Assembly (NCBI RefSeq): GCF_006345805.1
Contig: NC_043021.1
Location: 22,258,001 to 22,322,000, forward strand
DNA from: Octopus sinensis
Lineage: Eukaryota
Direction of reading: 5' to 3'
DNA length: 64,000 nt
The position numbers and the translations under genes were made by a program. Shown piece after piece: positions 26,421 through 41,926 of this stretch; positions within the stretch are counted from its first letter, which is position 1; each line of letters starts with the position of its first letter. The notes beneath the pieces are model-generated. The model was not told the DNA's origin. It made no database searches and was given only the letters and a program-made list of their open reading frames with translations.

Positions 26421-28004
26421 CTCAACTCGCTCAGATCATGCAACCGACAAGCAAATCTGTGTTATTCAGCAGAACATTTGCTCTAGACCAACATTTAAAG
26501 CAAGTCTTTTACACCATTTCCAAGGTCGCACTTCTGAGTTAAGATCAGAATTAATGAGAGCCACAGTCTACCTAGGAAACATATTATCAATGTTATGAAA
26601 TATTAACTTCGTTTAATATCAGTCCTCGCCCTTGCTCCTCCTCCTCCACCTCCCCTTCTCTTTCTCCTTCCCCTCCTCCTCCTCCTTCCCCTCCTCATCT
26701 TCCTGTTCCACCTCCTTGTCATGATCATATTTGAATAGAAGGATAAGCTATCGTCAAATATTTCAACCGGTCATGCCGTCTGCAGAGAAATTGTCACAAA
26801 GCCTCATAAACGAATGTCTACAATTTGTTTCCTTTTAATAGACGTATTGTAAAGTCCCACAGCCCTTACTGCAAAATATATTTCTCTATTTTGTTTTTAT
26901 CCAGCAGGAACAAGGCCATGCTAGAGCGTTGCTATACTAAATGGAAATCATATTCGTTTTTTCCCAGTGAAGGATGATTGGCATTAAGTTTAAATACTTC
27001 CTTCCTGGACCATCATTTTAATTTCGATCTTAAGGTCCGGCACCGCAGAATTTAAAAAATACCTTATATTCTAGCTTCTAAATGACGATGTAAATTTCTA
27101 GAGCGAAGCAACTTCGTACTTCGTGCAAAGACTTACTCAAATTCTTGCTTCGTAGATGTAATCCGGCCCCAAGATAAAACACTACCACCTTTAGAGCCGT
27201 AAGCAGGGTTTTTTTCTCAACATTTAGGTCAGCTCCCCTGTTAGAAAATAAATTCATCCGCTGTTTCTACCAATCAAGGATACATTGAAAATAGCCTGAA
27301 GCACTACCATTCTTCTGACTAACAGACAAAAACATTCCAAATAGTGTTTACAAAATGAATAGAGAGCTTAAATAGAATTTTATTACTGGAAGCTGGGTGC
27401 ATAGCCTTTGCTATAGCAAATAGAGTGATTTATCATTTTTATCATTGTTTAAATAAAAATCAAAAGGATTTCATTGCAACTGTGGCTATTAAACAACGGA
27501 TCATGAGAAATAAATGAATGTTTTGATGATTGCTAATTGAATCATAGAGAATATTTAATAAAACGCTGTTTCAATGAGCAATTTACAATTAATAGAAGCA
27601 GGAAATAAACGGAAGAGCCCGAAATGTCATAATTACACACGCACACACATATAAACAGTCACACGCATACTCAAATAAACAGTCACACGCACAAAACACA
27701 CACACACACACTCACGCATATAAACAAGCAGTAACCTCTACGAACACACAAAAGCAAGCGAGAGTAAAGATATATACGCAGCATTCACACATATTTGTAT
27801 GCGTGTCAATGTATGCGTGAGTCTGTATGTCTGTGCGCCTGCATGAGCGTTTCATGAACAACGTGTAGTATGATTAGCTTCATGTTTTGTAATCAAGAAC
27901 CGAATGGATTTTGTAAATAATGCATATACATATATATATACATTTATATACATATACATATTCATACATACACGAACGTGTATATATGTATATATATTGA
28001 CTAT

Positions 28005-28050
<46 letters not shown>

Positions 28051-28101
28051 ATTATAATATATATATGTACATATATATATATATATATATATATGTCTGT
28101 A

Positions 28102-28140
<39 letters not shown>

Positions 28141-28274
28141 CACACCTACATATGTATATCTATGTGTGTATGTATATATATATGCATATATATATATATA
28201 TCTATATCTATATATATATGCAATCATGTTTATAATTGTTATTACTATTGTACTTGTGCTACCGTGTGATGCGT

Positions 28275-28305
<31 letters not shown>

Positions 28306-28379
28306 TACGCACACATATATATATATATACAGAAGCACATATGTATAGGGTAATGTATACATATATCCATACACACACC

Positions 28380-28410
<31 letters not shown>

Positions 28411-29135
28411 ATTTATCAATAAAATATTTAATATACATATATATATTTGTGTGTGTGTGTGTGTGCGTGTATGTGTATTTGTGTGTGTGTGTGTATGTGT
28501 ATTTTTATTCGCTTTATAAATTTGTTATTATATTCTCGAATTCTTTCCAATGAAAGTTGTTTAGATTCTTCTTTTTCGTGTTGATTTGCCTTTGTCATTT
28601 TGTTCCATAATTCATTTTCCCCCAAATACTCGGAATAATGTTTTTCGTTCCCTTATTTTTTTACATTTTCTTTAATTATTTTTTTCTTAATTTTAGTTTC
28701 CACTGTAGTATAAACTTCTGATATCCCTATTGCTGTTGGTGATGATGATGATGAAGACGATGATGCTGACGTTGACGATGTTGGGAGTGATGATAATGTT
28801 GACTATAGTGTGTATAGTTTAGACTTTGATTTTCTTTTTAATTATTTATATCTTAATTACTTCTGTTCTTAACTGTAAAAAACAGTCTCCAGAGATTTTC
28901 ATCAAATATTCCGCGTATAACAATAGAAAACTGGACAAACACACACACACGCACTTACACACGTACAAACAGACACGTAGACAGATATTTTTTTCACACG
29001 TATATAGATATATAGATATAGTAACATAACTATATATATATATATATATATATATTTACATATATAGATATATATAAATGTGTAAATACATATATATAAA
29101 TATTTAAGTATATATATATGCATACTATATCTATC

Positions 29136-29173
<38 letters not shown>

Positions 29174-29239
29174 GAATGTATATGTGTTTGTATGAATATA
29201 CATGCCTATATGCATCTACATCTATATAAAGAAATTTAC

Positions 29240-29285
<46 letters not shown>

Positions 29286-29937
29286 GCTTGCAGATATGTA
29301 TCATATACAAATCCATTGCAGGTTCTTATGTATGCATATTAGACTCAACACGCAAAACATTAATATATGCGTGAGAGGGATAGTAGAGTAGTGTGTGCGT
29401 GTGAGAGGGGGGAGGCATGGAGGGAGGACGAGAGAGACGTCATTAGAACAGAAATGAAAACGTGACACAAAACTCATTTCAATTAAAACACACCATAATT
29501 TTTATTTTTTGTTGTTTTTTTTTTTTTTTCAAAATATTTTTCCGTATTAAAATCCGTTTCGGGCCCATAATAGCATTAGTAACAAATAAACTGTATAAAC
29601 TATAAACCATATTATCAGATTTCCTTCAAGTACTGTCATTTAATTTAATCAATATTCTGGTGTGAAGCATTGTTTTTTTTGTTTTCTTTTTTAATCCTAA
29701 ATCTATATTTTGGAAGTAATCAGTATCTCGGATATCTCATGCATCCCTAAAGAGCCTGCGAAGAGAATATGCATTTTTACGATACAATATGATACTAATA
29801 CAATACACTCCACATCCCATCTAAGTTGTTAATTAATAGAGATAAATATTATTGTTATATTGCGTTAAAACCAACACAAATATCATCATTCTTATCAGTA
29901 TTTTCAATATTTTCATTATCATTATTATCATTATTAT

Positions 29938-30172
29938 TATTTCTTTCTTTACTACCCACAAGGGGCTAAACACAGAGAGGACAAACAATGACAGACAAAC
30001 AGATTAAGACGATTATATCGACCCCAGTACGTAAACTGTAATTATTTAATCGACCCCGAAAGGATGAAAGGCAAAGTCGACCTCGGCGGAATTTGAACTC
30101 AGAACGTAGCGGCAGACGAAATACCGATAAGCATTTCGCCCGGCGTGCTAACGAATCTGCCAGCTCGCCGCC
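29938..30172 (-). mobile_element. SINE-A young-type, full length
   Basis: Reverse match to 771-1000. Confidence 0.9.
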
Positions 30173-30245
30173 ACTTCATTATTATCATTATTATTATCAT
30201 TATTATCATTATTATCATTATTATCATTATTATTATTATCATCAC

Positions 30246-30692
30246 AAAGGCAGCGAGCTGTCAGAATTATTAGCACGAGGAGGGAAATGCTTAGCGGTAT
30301 TTCATCTGCCGTTACTAAGGGCGGCGAGCTGGCAGAATCGTTAAAACGTCGGGCAGAATGCTTAGCGGTATTTCGTCTGCCGCTACGTTCTGAGTTCAAA
30401 TTCCACCGAGGTCGACTTTGCCTTTCATCCTCTCAGGGTCGATAAATTAAGTAACAGTTACGCACTGGGGTCGATTTAATCGACTTAATCCGTTTGTCTG
30501 ACCTTGTTTGTCCCTTCTGCGTGTAGACCCTTGTGGGCAGCAAAGAAATAGGTATTTTGTCTGCCACTATGTTCTGAGTTCAAATTATGCCGAGGTCGAC
30601 AATGCCTTTCCTGATTTAGGGGTCGATAAAATAAGTTGAAAACAGGGGTCGATGTAATTGACTTAGTCCCTCCCCCAAATTGCTGCCCTTAT
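30246..30692 (+). mobile_element. Composite SINE-A (old head + young monomer + internal unit with old tail)
   Basis: Head 30246-30315, monomer 30318-30550, AAAGAAATA|GGTATTTTG junction, old tail CCCTCCCCCAAATTGCTGCCC. Confidence 0.8.
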
Positions 30693-31008
30693 TATTATTT
30701 TACATGTTCCCGTCATTTGACTACGGCTATGCTGGAGCCCCGTCATGAATATTTTATGCGGAACAAATGCACCCAAGGACTTACAGTTTTGAGACTAGTA
30801 CTTATTCTATCGTTAAGCAATGTTTGAGGGGCGTATTCGCTTCTTAAACGCCCCCAGGAACCATAGACGTGCTTATAACCGAAGGCGAAATATTCAAGTT
30901 GGTTTCTATGAAAAATTCGCGCTATATGCAAGTTTGTTTCCATAATATATGGCTTCGGTAATATACGGTTTCTGTAATATATTGGTTTCTGTAATATAAA
31001 TCGTTTAC

Positions 31009-31060
31009 AGTGATGCCCCAGCATGGCCGCAGTTCTATGACTGGAAAAAATAAAAAATAA
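31009..31060 (+). mobile_element. Isolated CR1/SINE-B type 3' end
   Basis: GTGATGCCCCAGCATGGCCGCAGTTCTATGACTGG + A-rich tail; a similar stub occurs at 32230-32270. Confidence 0.6.
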
Positions 31061-31679
31061 AATATAAAAAAGATTAAACGACAATAAAATGTGTTTATAC
31101 GAGCTCTTTGTTAATCAAGGATTAATGATTAATGACTACGCTTTGAATTATTCCGAAATATTCTTCAGACAAAAACAAAATGAAAGCATCACGCAAGAAG
31201 GAACGGTTAAAACACGAAAATTTAGAATTCCAATTAATACTTAACAAAGAATGACGCAAATTGAAACGTAGATGAGAATAAAAAGAAGCGCCAAAAACGA
31301 TAGGATTTTATCTTCTGGAAGTAATAGAGTCGTTTCTTTGTTTTCCACTGGTCTTCAGTCAAATGAACACAAACGAATTGCTGTAAGCTATGCTATGAAG
31401 CAACGCCGGCGAAGTTTCAAGAATTGTAAGCAGCAGAGGCAGACAGGGTGTTTCATATAGATGGCCACTTTGGGAAAGACGGATTAGGTTAAGTGGTTAA
31501 TGTAGGTGTTATAATGGAAGTAAATGATTTAGATACAGGTGGAAAAACATTCGATACGTCAATATCAAATTCATAATAACCGCAACGATATATGATGATT
31601 TAACTGCTTTTCTACGGTTATATGTGTATATGTATATATGTATGTATGTTTGTATGTATGTAGATAGCTAGATAGATAG

Positions 31680-31704
31680 ATGGATAGTACATACATACAT
31701 TGAC

Positions 31705-31767
<63 letters not shown>

Positions 31768-31824
31768 CAGACAGATAGGTAGATAGGTAGATAGCCAGAT
31801 AGCCAGATAGATAGATAAACAGAC

Positions 31825-31882
<58 letters not shown>

Positions 31883-31961
31883 GGAGAGATAAATAGATAG
31901 ATAGATAGATAGTTAGATAGATAGATAGATAGATAGAGAGAGGGAGAGATAAATAGATAGA

Positions 31962-31993
<32 letters not shown>

Positions 31994-32028
31994 TAGATAG
32001 ATAGGTAGATAGGCAGATAAATAAATAA

Positions 32029-32103
<75 letters not shown>

Positions 32104-32105
32104 TG
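31680..32105. repeat. (TAGA)n with higher-order units
   Basis: Direct inspection; source of YLSI-repeat ORFs. Confidence 0.95.
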
Positions 32106-32333
32106 TATATGGAAATGAAAATGTATAGAAGTGTGTATAAATATATATATATATATACACACATGCCACATATCACCCAAAGCCTCACATCACACGAGGT
32201 TTCTAATAATGAAGGTGTAGCACAGCCCACGGTGGTGCCCCAGCATGACCGCAGCATTAAAGCTCAAACAACTTTAAAAGTTTATATGTGTGTGTGTGTT
32301 TGCGTGCGAAAATGTATTTATAAAAATGTATTA

Positions 32334-32388
<55 letters not shown>

Positions 32389-33012
32389 AACATACATACG
32401 TACATATACACTACATTTCATATACACACATGCATGCATACTTATTTATTTATTATATTCGTTATTTAAAATCGGTGTCTATAACCGCAGGAAATAACAA
32501 ATGAAAAGTTTGTATATCTTTGGCGCACCTGCCTTCTATGAACTGCCGTCATCTCTCGGTGAACATTTCACAACCAACCTGAAATCAAAGCTGTTAATTC
32601 CGAAAACGCTACAATCTCTCTGTATGTGTATACCTGTGTGCATGTTTGTACGTGTGTATGCGTGTGCTTACGCATGCGAGTGTGTTTTTTTTTGTGTGTG
32701 TGTATGTTTGCCTATATCATTGTAATAATAGTTGTGTGAGTCTTTGTGAATGTATGATCTTTCTGTGGCTCCAAGCGAATGGAAGACGTGGTCAAAGTAT
32801 TATATAAACTTTATATTTGTCATAAATAATGTATAATTGTGTTTATGCACAGCCAACAATACATAAGTGTTTATATATGTGTGTGAGTGTGCGTGTGTGC
32901 GTGCGTGCGTGTGTGTGTAAATACCTATGTATGTATATATATATATATGTTTATACATATACATATATAAATATGTATATGTGTGTGTATACATACATAT
33001 ACACACATGTGG

Positions 33013-33039
<27 letters not shown>

Positions 33040-33048
<9 letters not shown>

Positions 33049-33090
33049 TTCCACTGCCTTCGTCTTTGTTTATTTTCATAAAGCTTCCCG

Positions 33091-33092
<2 letters not shown>
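33040..33092 (+). mobile_element. Family E 3' stub
   Basis: CCACTGCCTTCGTCTTTGTTTATTTTCATAAAGCTTCCCGTT + (TA)n, nearly identical to 18878-18921. Confidence 0.75.
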
Positions 33093-33174
<82 letters not shown>

Positions 33175-33209
33175 GCATATATATATACTTAATTGATAAG
33201 CAGGTAGGT

Positions 33210-33510
33210 AGGCAGATAGGTGTGTAGGTAGTTATGTAGGTGGGTAGACATGTAGGAAGGTAGACATGTAGGAAGGTATGTAGATACGTAGGTGGGCAGT
33301 TATGTATGCATGTATGCATGTATGTAGGTAGGTATGTAGGATGATAGGTAAGTAGGTAGGTAGGTAGGTAGGTATGTAGGTATGTAGGTAGGTAGGATTG
33401 TAGGTAAGTAGGTAGGTAGGTAGGTAGGTAGGTAGGTAGGTAGGTAGGTAGAAAGGTAGGATGGTAGGTAAGTAGGTAGGTAGGTAGGTAGGTAGATAAG
33501 TAGGTAGATA
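33210..33510. repeat. (TAGG)n-based microsatellite
   Basis: Direct inspection. Confidence 0.95.
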
Positions 33511-34909
33511 GGTCTGCCTATTCTATTGTTTCAATCCAGTATCTCGTTCCTGTTGTCGTGTAATTTCAAAGGACCGATTAGAATTGAAATTTCTGGAAAT
33601 ATTTTTCGCAGTCAAAGTATATCAAACAGGAATTTGGACAATTTATTGGTATTATTTATTCCCCATTACGATTGTTTCATATACTGATAGATTTTTACGT
33701 CTTAGCTAGATATGTAAGGAATTTTTTATTAGCAAGTCGCGATATACAATATTACATAATTAAATAATAAACAGCGAACTAAATAGTTGTATAATAAAGT
33801 TGTGACAGTGAATTAAATAATTAAATAATTAAGCTTATTTCACGACTCAAATATTCTTAATAGGAAATTCCGGAGCTAATTCCGTTTTGCACCTCTCCTT
33901 GAAAAGTGCATTTTTTAAGAATAAATGTTGGGGTTCCTACATTTTAAATATCGGAGATTACGAATATGCAAAAGTATTTTTTTTTAATTTCACCCGACGT
34001 TCCCCCACTTACTTTTTTGATTTTGCTTACTTTAAAGAAATCGTAGCGAACTGACGAACATATGCAAATCGAAATTAAATACAGACAAAAACATTAAAGT
34101 GAAAAGAATTTGCGTTTTACTTTTGTTTGCCTTATATAATTTTAAATAATAATTGAATGTGAATTAAATATGCTGCATTTTACGAGAAACAAACTTGTTT
34201 AATAATTAGAGCTATACAGTTTAATAAGGGCTCAAATTGCACCCCAACTCCAATTTTAAATTTTGAACTTTTTCATTCATTTATTTATTTTTCTGTCTAT
34301 TTATTTATCCATGTCCGTTTATTCATAAAATATATGTCAACTAAATGTGGCGATCCTATAGAAGACGTTGTTTCTGTTGTTTTTAGCCCCAGGAAGTCAT
34401 TCATATCTATTTCTTTATATAGATATCTATATCTCTATTGAATTTAAAATTTTGAAGAGGTGATTTCTTGAATATTCGGAATCTCCGTCATCTAAAACAT
34501 GTTTTAATAGGAATTCCGAGCCTTCCACATTTTTAAACCGTGTGTTTCGTGGTTGTTGTGTAAAGCTTCGCATTTGTTAGAAGACCTTACGAATCACTTC
34601 CGTACAGTTCTTTCCGATAAAGAGACATCACCGTAAACTACGCATATTTCTTTGGTTACTTGGGAGGCATTTTTCCCTTTACGGAAAAAGAAAAGCATCA
34701 AGTGCCGAAAATGAACTTTCTTATCTTCCATTTTAAAGATTTACAGAATTAACACAGGTTATAGGAACATAAACTTTCTTCCACGTAAAGATAGCTTAAA
34801 TTGTGCACTAAATGGATTGTGCACTAAATCCTATTTAATGGACTCAACCATGTTCTAAAATAAATCGAAAGGTAAGCTTCTATAAACATCACGAACTTTC
34901 GGGACAACC

Positions 34910-34961
<52 letters not shown>

Positions 34962-36067
34962 GTCATATAAACACCGTTTTCCCCCTGCGGTTGCATGACA
35001 GACGAGAAGCAATACAAGCTTATAATAATTCCTATATTTCACAGAAATTTAACAAATTATGCTCATATTTGTATGCGTGAGTGTTTTTCCGTGAGCGTTT
35101 TGATATATGTGCGAATGCTATCTCGTTAATATACACCAACAATCAAACAACGATGTGAGGCTGTGAGAAGGAGAGGTAAACAGCGTACTTTCATGCATCT
35201 GTATGAGAAAGTGTTTGTGTGCGTCCGCGTACGGCAGAGTCTATGTTTGTGAGTGGGAATCGGAGCATGTGTCGTTAGAGAGAAACAAAAAATCACGGAA
35301 AAGAATAGAGGTGATTTGTCACTCTAACCCTCTCGCTACTTTTCTGTTATAGAATAATGAACAATCACAATATCAATAGAGATATATGAGCCATATATTA
35401 GATACATATTGGAAGATCATCAGCCATCGCACAACGATGGTAAAAGTAGAACGAAAAAAAATACATTCACTCATACAGATCAAATCAGACATCTAAAGTG
35501 GAATAACGGCTTGTAACTTTATCAGCGCTTTTATTATTTTCTTTTTTCCATAAGCGTAAACAACTTGATACATTAATATGTACTTATAACAATATTGTCC
35601 AGAAGATAACATGGACGTTAGTTAAAGGTTAGCGAGACAATTTGCCTCATAAAAAAAAAATGATATCAAAATTATAGAGAATAATTTACCGTACCGGAAT
35701 ACTCGAGATTGTGGTGAAAAAAAAACAGACATATGCATATACATCTTAATATCTACGCTGGCCCACGTTTATTTATTATCAAATAATAATACACAAAAAT
35801 ACATGTGTATATACATGTATACACTGTGACAATCGCCCACGCATACACACATGTGCCTATGTATATGTATATATATTATTATCAAAATAAGCAACAAGGA
35901 TATAGAAGGTAGTGTAGTACGATCGTTTCATGCTACCTCATTTTTTTAAACAATGCAAGTATTACATCAGTTTTAAAATGTAAAGCAATCTTCAGCCGCA
36001 TATAGAATGTTTTAATTAAATAGACAATGTACATTATTATACTTATTCATCTGAATCTAAATTTTGC

Positions 36068-36116
<49 letters not shown>

Positions 36117-36855
36117 GTACGTAAATAAGGAAGTAAACGTAAACATTGGAAAGGTTTAATGGAAGAGTAGAACTTAAACACGGAGTACTAATCGTCAGTG
36201 GCGGATGTGAAAGTCGGTACACGGTGTCGTTTGATCGAGGAGTTCGATCAACCAACACCTGTTTACAAGCCTCTATGATTGGAATAACCAAATATAACCA
36301 CCATTGGGAATCACACACCACGTACAAGAAAATGTCTTCACCAAAAAAACTTTATCACCGCTTATGAGCACCATTTTACTTGAATCATGGAGCTGCAAAT
36401 ACAATATCCTTCTGTATCTCACTTCTGTATTCATTCTTTTGCTTCCCTTTCTATTTCATATCTTCTCTACAATAAAAATACTCAAACATTTTCACGCGCC
36501 GTCTGATGAAAAGATATATAGAATATCCCAAAAACAGCTGTAAAACGTTTTCTTGATAAATGTTATGAAATCTATTTACTGCCTTGGTTTTCTATTATCT
36601 CATTCTGTCCAATTATATATGAATACTAATACTTGACCCACGTTGGACTCCTTACTCGTATCATTATCGAGCCTGGAGCGTAACCATGGTTTATCCATAG
36701 CACATACTTAACGTTTACCCGATACCATATGGGTCTTCTTGAAACTAATAACTTCCATAGCCTATATATATTCTCACACACACACACATACTCACATATA
36801 TATACATATATATACATATGAATATATACATATACATATTTACATATATGCACAG

Positions 36856-36890
<35 letters not shown>

Positions 36891-37754
36891 TATAATGTTA
36901 TATATATATATACATTCACAGACACACCACACACAACACGTATATATATATGTATATATATGTGTGTATATATATGTATAGATATGTATATATATATATA
37001 TATATAGATATATATATATATATATATATACCAAATATATATATATAAATATATATATACATACGTATACATATATACATATATATCACGTATAAAATAT
37101 GCATATACACTTGTATACATAGTTGCACATGTTCCTGTATGTACGCATGCACACACACACACAGATATATATACAGCAATAAACATGCATATGTGTATGC
37201 ATATGTGTGTGTGTGTATGTGTTCGTGTGTATGCATATGATTATACGATAAAATAGAGTCACATTAAGAAATGCTCTATCTATATCATCGCACTAGATTC
37301 ATTACTTGTTGATAAAATGCAATGTTTACTGAAAGTTCTAAATTTGAGAGCATGGCGAAGCGTGGCTCATCGTTACATAAGTTCATGACAATGCAATGGA
37401 GATTTCCTTTAATTGAATTTTTGCTGATGGCTAGGAAAAAGGGTCAGGGCATAGGTGCTGCTTCACTGAAAATATTAAATTAAGAAAGTGCATAAAGCAC
37501 ATACGCAATAAGAGGAATCTGTTATTATATTGTATGCTAATTCCGTTGTAACCATCTATAATAAACCACACTGTATCAATAATTAATGTACACTCTACAA
37601 TCGATGTTTAAATCTACTCACACCCGCACTATCGCACTCTCTCCCTCTTTTCCCATATATATATATATATATATATAATATATATATATAATAGGGAGAG
37701 AGAAGAGAGAGAGAGAGTGAGAGAGAACCGAGATATATATATATAGACAGATAG

Positions 37755-37826
<72 letters not shown>

Positions 37827-38026
37827 CAGACAGATAAATAGAGAAATAGAGAGATAGGTAGAGAGATATAGATATATAGATAGACACTCATATATATATA
37901 TATAATTATATACATACATATATATATATATATATAAACATATATGTATACATATGTACATATATATGTGTATATATATATACTTGTATATACGTACGTA
38001 TATATTTTTAAACACATACACACATT

Positions 38027-38073
<47 letters not shown>

Positions 38074-38516
38074 ATATGTTCGCATACACGTACAGCATCA
38101 ACAAACATACTCACACACGAATATATAAGCATATATGTATTTACGTTCATATGTATTAATACGTGTATATGTGTGTATATTGATATATGTTTATATACAT
38201 GTATATAAGTGTGGAGTGTGAAATGGCGTCTGTTATTCTACTTATCTTCATTACTGCAATTATCTAAATAATATTCTTATTGGGACGTTAAAATTCTACA
38301 TTACACTTTTGGCATTTGATCGCTATCAGAAACAGGGCCACGTAATTAAAGTATAGAAAATATGTGAGCGAAATTGCCTCCAGTCGATTTCAACTGATTT
38401 TCTCAAGTAACTCTTCACTGCCACAAATACTACTAAGTCACGTGCATCAAATTTACCTATGTAATCTTATGCTTCAACAAACCTCTTCATGTTCGTATTT
38501 TAAAAAATTCCAACAT

Positions 38517-38682
38517 AGGCGCAGGAGTGGCTGTGTGGTAAGTAGCTTGCTAACCAACCACATGATTCCGGGTTCAGTCCCACTGCGTGCCATCTTGGGC
38601 AAGTGTCTTCTGCTATAGCCCCGGGCCGACCAATGCCTTGTGAGTGGATTTGGTAGACGGAAAGTGAAAGAAGCCTGTCGCA

Positions 38683-38725
<43 letters not shown>

Positions 38726-38955
38726 TTGTGTTTCTGTTTCTGTGTCTGTGTTTGTCCCCCTAGCATTGCTTGACAACCGATGCTGGTGTGTTTACGTCCC
38801 CGTAACTTAGCGTTTCGGCAAAAAGAGACCGATAGAATAAGTACTGGGCTTACAAAGAATAAGTCCCGGGGTCGATTTGCTCGACTAAAGGTGGTGCTCC
38901 AGCATGGCCACAGTCAAATGACTGAAACAAGTAAAAGAGCAAAGAGTAAAGAGTA
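38517..38955 (+). mobile_element. SINE-B, full length, low divergence
   Basis: Complete head, internal microsatellite and tail repeats. Confidence 0.9.
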
Positions 38956-39031
38956 AGGTAATGCTTCGTAGAGTTCACCATGGATGTGAAAGCGGTGGTT
39001 GAGACCGGATTTTTTTCTTTTTTTCTTTTAT

Positions 39032-39245
39032 TCTGTTACTTGTTTCAGTCATCTGACTGCGGCCATGCTGGGGCAACGCCTTTAGTGGAACAAACTGAGC
39101 CAAATACTTATTATATTGGTCTCTTATGTCGAACCCCTTGCTTATGGGGACGCAAACATACCAATATCGGTTGTTAAGTGATGGTGGGGGACAAACACAG
39201 ACAAAAATACACACAGACACAGATATGTATATGTATATATATGTA
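39032..39245 (-). mobile_element. SINE-B 3' half, diverged
   Basis: CTTGTTTCAGTCATCTGACTGCGGCCATGCTGG...GGGGACAAACACAGAC. Confidence 0.8.
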
Positions 39246-39271
39246 TGTATATATATATATATATATATATA

Positions 39272-39345
<74 letters not shown>

Positions 39346-39454
39346 CGGTGTAGGTAAACAAACAAAATTTGCTTTACTTTTTAGCAGCGTTGAGATGTAT
39401 TAAAATAAACTGATATAGTAATATATTACTCGGAAATGCATTTTTTGTAATGCA

Positions 39455-39784
39455 TTATTCTTTGTAAGCCCAGTACTTATTCTATCGGTCTCTTTTTCCG
39501 AACCGCTAAGTAACGGGGACGTAAACACACCAGCATCGGTTGTCAAGCAATGCTAGGGCGACAAACACAGACACACAAACACACAACCGCATATATATAT
39601 ATATATATATATACATATATACGACAGGCTTCTTTCAGTTTCCGTCTACCAAATCCACTCACAAGGCATTGGTCGGCCCGGGGCTATAGCAGAAGACACA
39701 TGCCCAAGATGCCACGCAGTGGGACGGAACCCGGAACCATGTGGTTGGTTAGCAAGTTACTTACCACGCAGCCAGTCCTGCGCC
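39455..39784 (-). mobile_element. SINE-B lacking the terminal about 80 nt
   Basis: Reverse match to 38517-38865. Confidence 0.9.
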
Positions 39785-39906
39785 ATCTACATACATCCAA
39801 ACAAAAATACCCGGTTGTTGTTGAAATTCCAATGAAGTATCCTTGGCTCTATGTTAGAAACCGGTTCCTTCGCTATTCGCAAGAAATCTTGAAAAATAAA
39901 CTGAAT

Positions 39907-39951
<45 letters not shown>

Positions 39952-40714
39952 ACACACACACACATATACATATATATATATTATATATATATATACATAT
40001 ATTTATATAGATACATAAAAATAAATTCATAACGTAGTGCGTTAACGTAAGATGGTGTTAGTTATATTTTCCCAAACAAGCTCTCTCGGAATATTTAAGC
40101 GTGACTTCGGGTTTAATGAGAGACGACAAAAGAACGTGTTATAGATAATTAAATTCAGCATTATTATGTAAATACCCATGATTATCATTAGTTATTACAT
40201 GCAAATATTTTTCACTTGGTGACATTTCATTTAAGGAAAGCCTGCGGCTATAACTAGATTTATGTAATTTTGGGGGCTTGTATATATATATATATGTGTT
40301 TGTAAGTCGGTTTGTTCGTATACATTCACAGTGACAAAAACATATGTATGTGTATATGTTTGTATCTATCTATCTATCAATCTATTTACCTATCAGACCA
40401 CCTATCTATATATTCACCAATAATTCTATGTGTATATCCCATCTATCTTATATATGTTAGTGTATATAAATATGAATATATATATATATATATATATATA
40501 GACATATATAGATATTATATATGGAATAGATATAGAAAGATAGATAGAATAGAGATAGATAGATAGATAGAGAGATAGATAGATAGATAGATAGATAGAT
40601 GAATAGGCAGATTGATGATAGGTAGAAGACAGATTGATAGATAGACATACAGACAGACAGATATATAGATAGATAGATAGATAGATGGATAGAAATAAAT
40701 AGATAGATAGATAG

Positions 40715-40762
<48 letters not shown>

Positions 40763-40902
40763 TATAGATAGATAGATAGATAGACAGATAGATAGATAGA
40801 TAGAATAGATAGATAGATAGATAGATAGACAGACGGATAGATAAACATTGGGATACAAATAGATATTTATGTATATATGTGTGTATTTGTGTTTATATAG
40901 AT

Positions 40903-40987
<85 letters not shown>

Positions 40988-41503
40988 ACAACACCACCAC
41001 ACCCTCCCCCCATTAAGAGTGTGTGTGTATGAATTATGTATGTATGTCATATTTTTATTTTCTCGACAATCAGCAGACATACTATTGTTCGATATTCTAT
41101 AATCATTAGGTATATCTCACTGTTGTATATGATAACATTTCACTGAGATTTGCCAACAGCTGGAAAATCCTGCCGCAGGCAAAGCCATGAATATAAAATA
41201 ATTACGTTATTTGCTAGACGTACATTCAATTATTTCTGAATTATTTGAATTTTATGGTAATAACCAAAAATAAGTTACCCTCCCTGGCGGATAGTCTCTG
41301 CTATTCTATTTTGTGAATGTCATGTAAAATCAACCTTAGTTAACGGAAGGTAAACCTCGCCAAAAGGCTGGGGGTACTTCTGTTGACTCAACATACGTTT
41401 ATCACTTTGGCAATGCGGCTGGGTTGGGTGTGTGTGCTTGTTACTTTCTTTGTTACCATTTTTATCCTCGATATATATATATATGTGTGTGTGAGTGTCT
41501 ATG

Positions 41504-41549
<46 letters not shown>

Positions 41550-41926
41550 CATACATACATGCACAGATATATATATGTACATGATGCCATTATGAAAATA
41601 CCGTCACGAGTGGCAAGCGAATTATCAGCCGTATAGGCAAATTAATAAAATATATACATACAATAGTAGATAAGTACATATATACACAAAGGTACTACAT
41701 GCGACGTAGGTGTTCATGTACTGCCCTTATGTGTGTATGTGTATATATAATATATATAAATATATATATATATACCTACATGTATATATATATTAAATAT
41801 ATAATATAATATATATATATACAAAGTAGTTGTATGCTATCAACTTAATGTGATAGTCCCATGAAGGGAATAATACAATAATACTACTATAACACTACGC
41901 TATATATATATATATATATATATATA

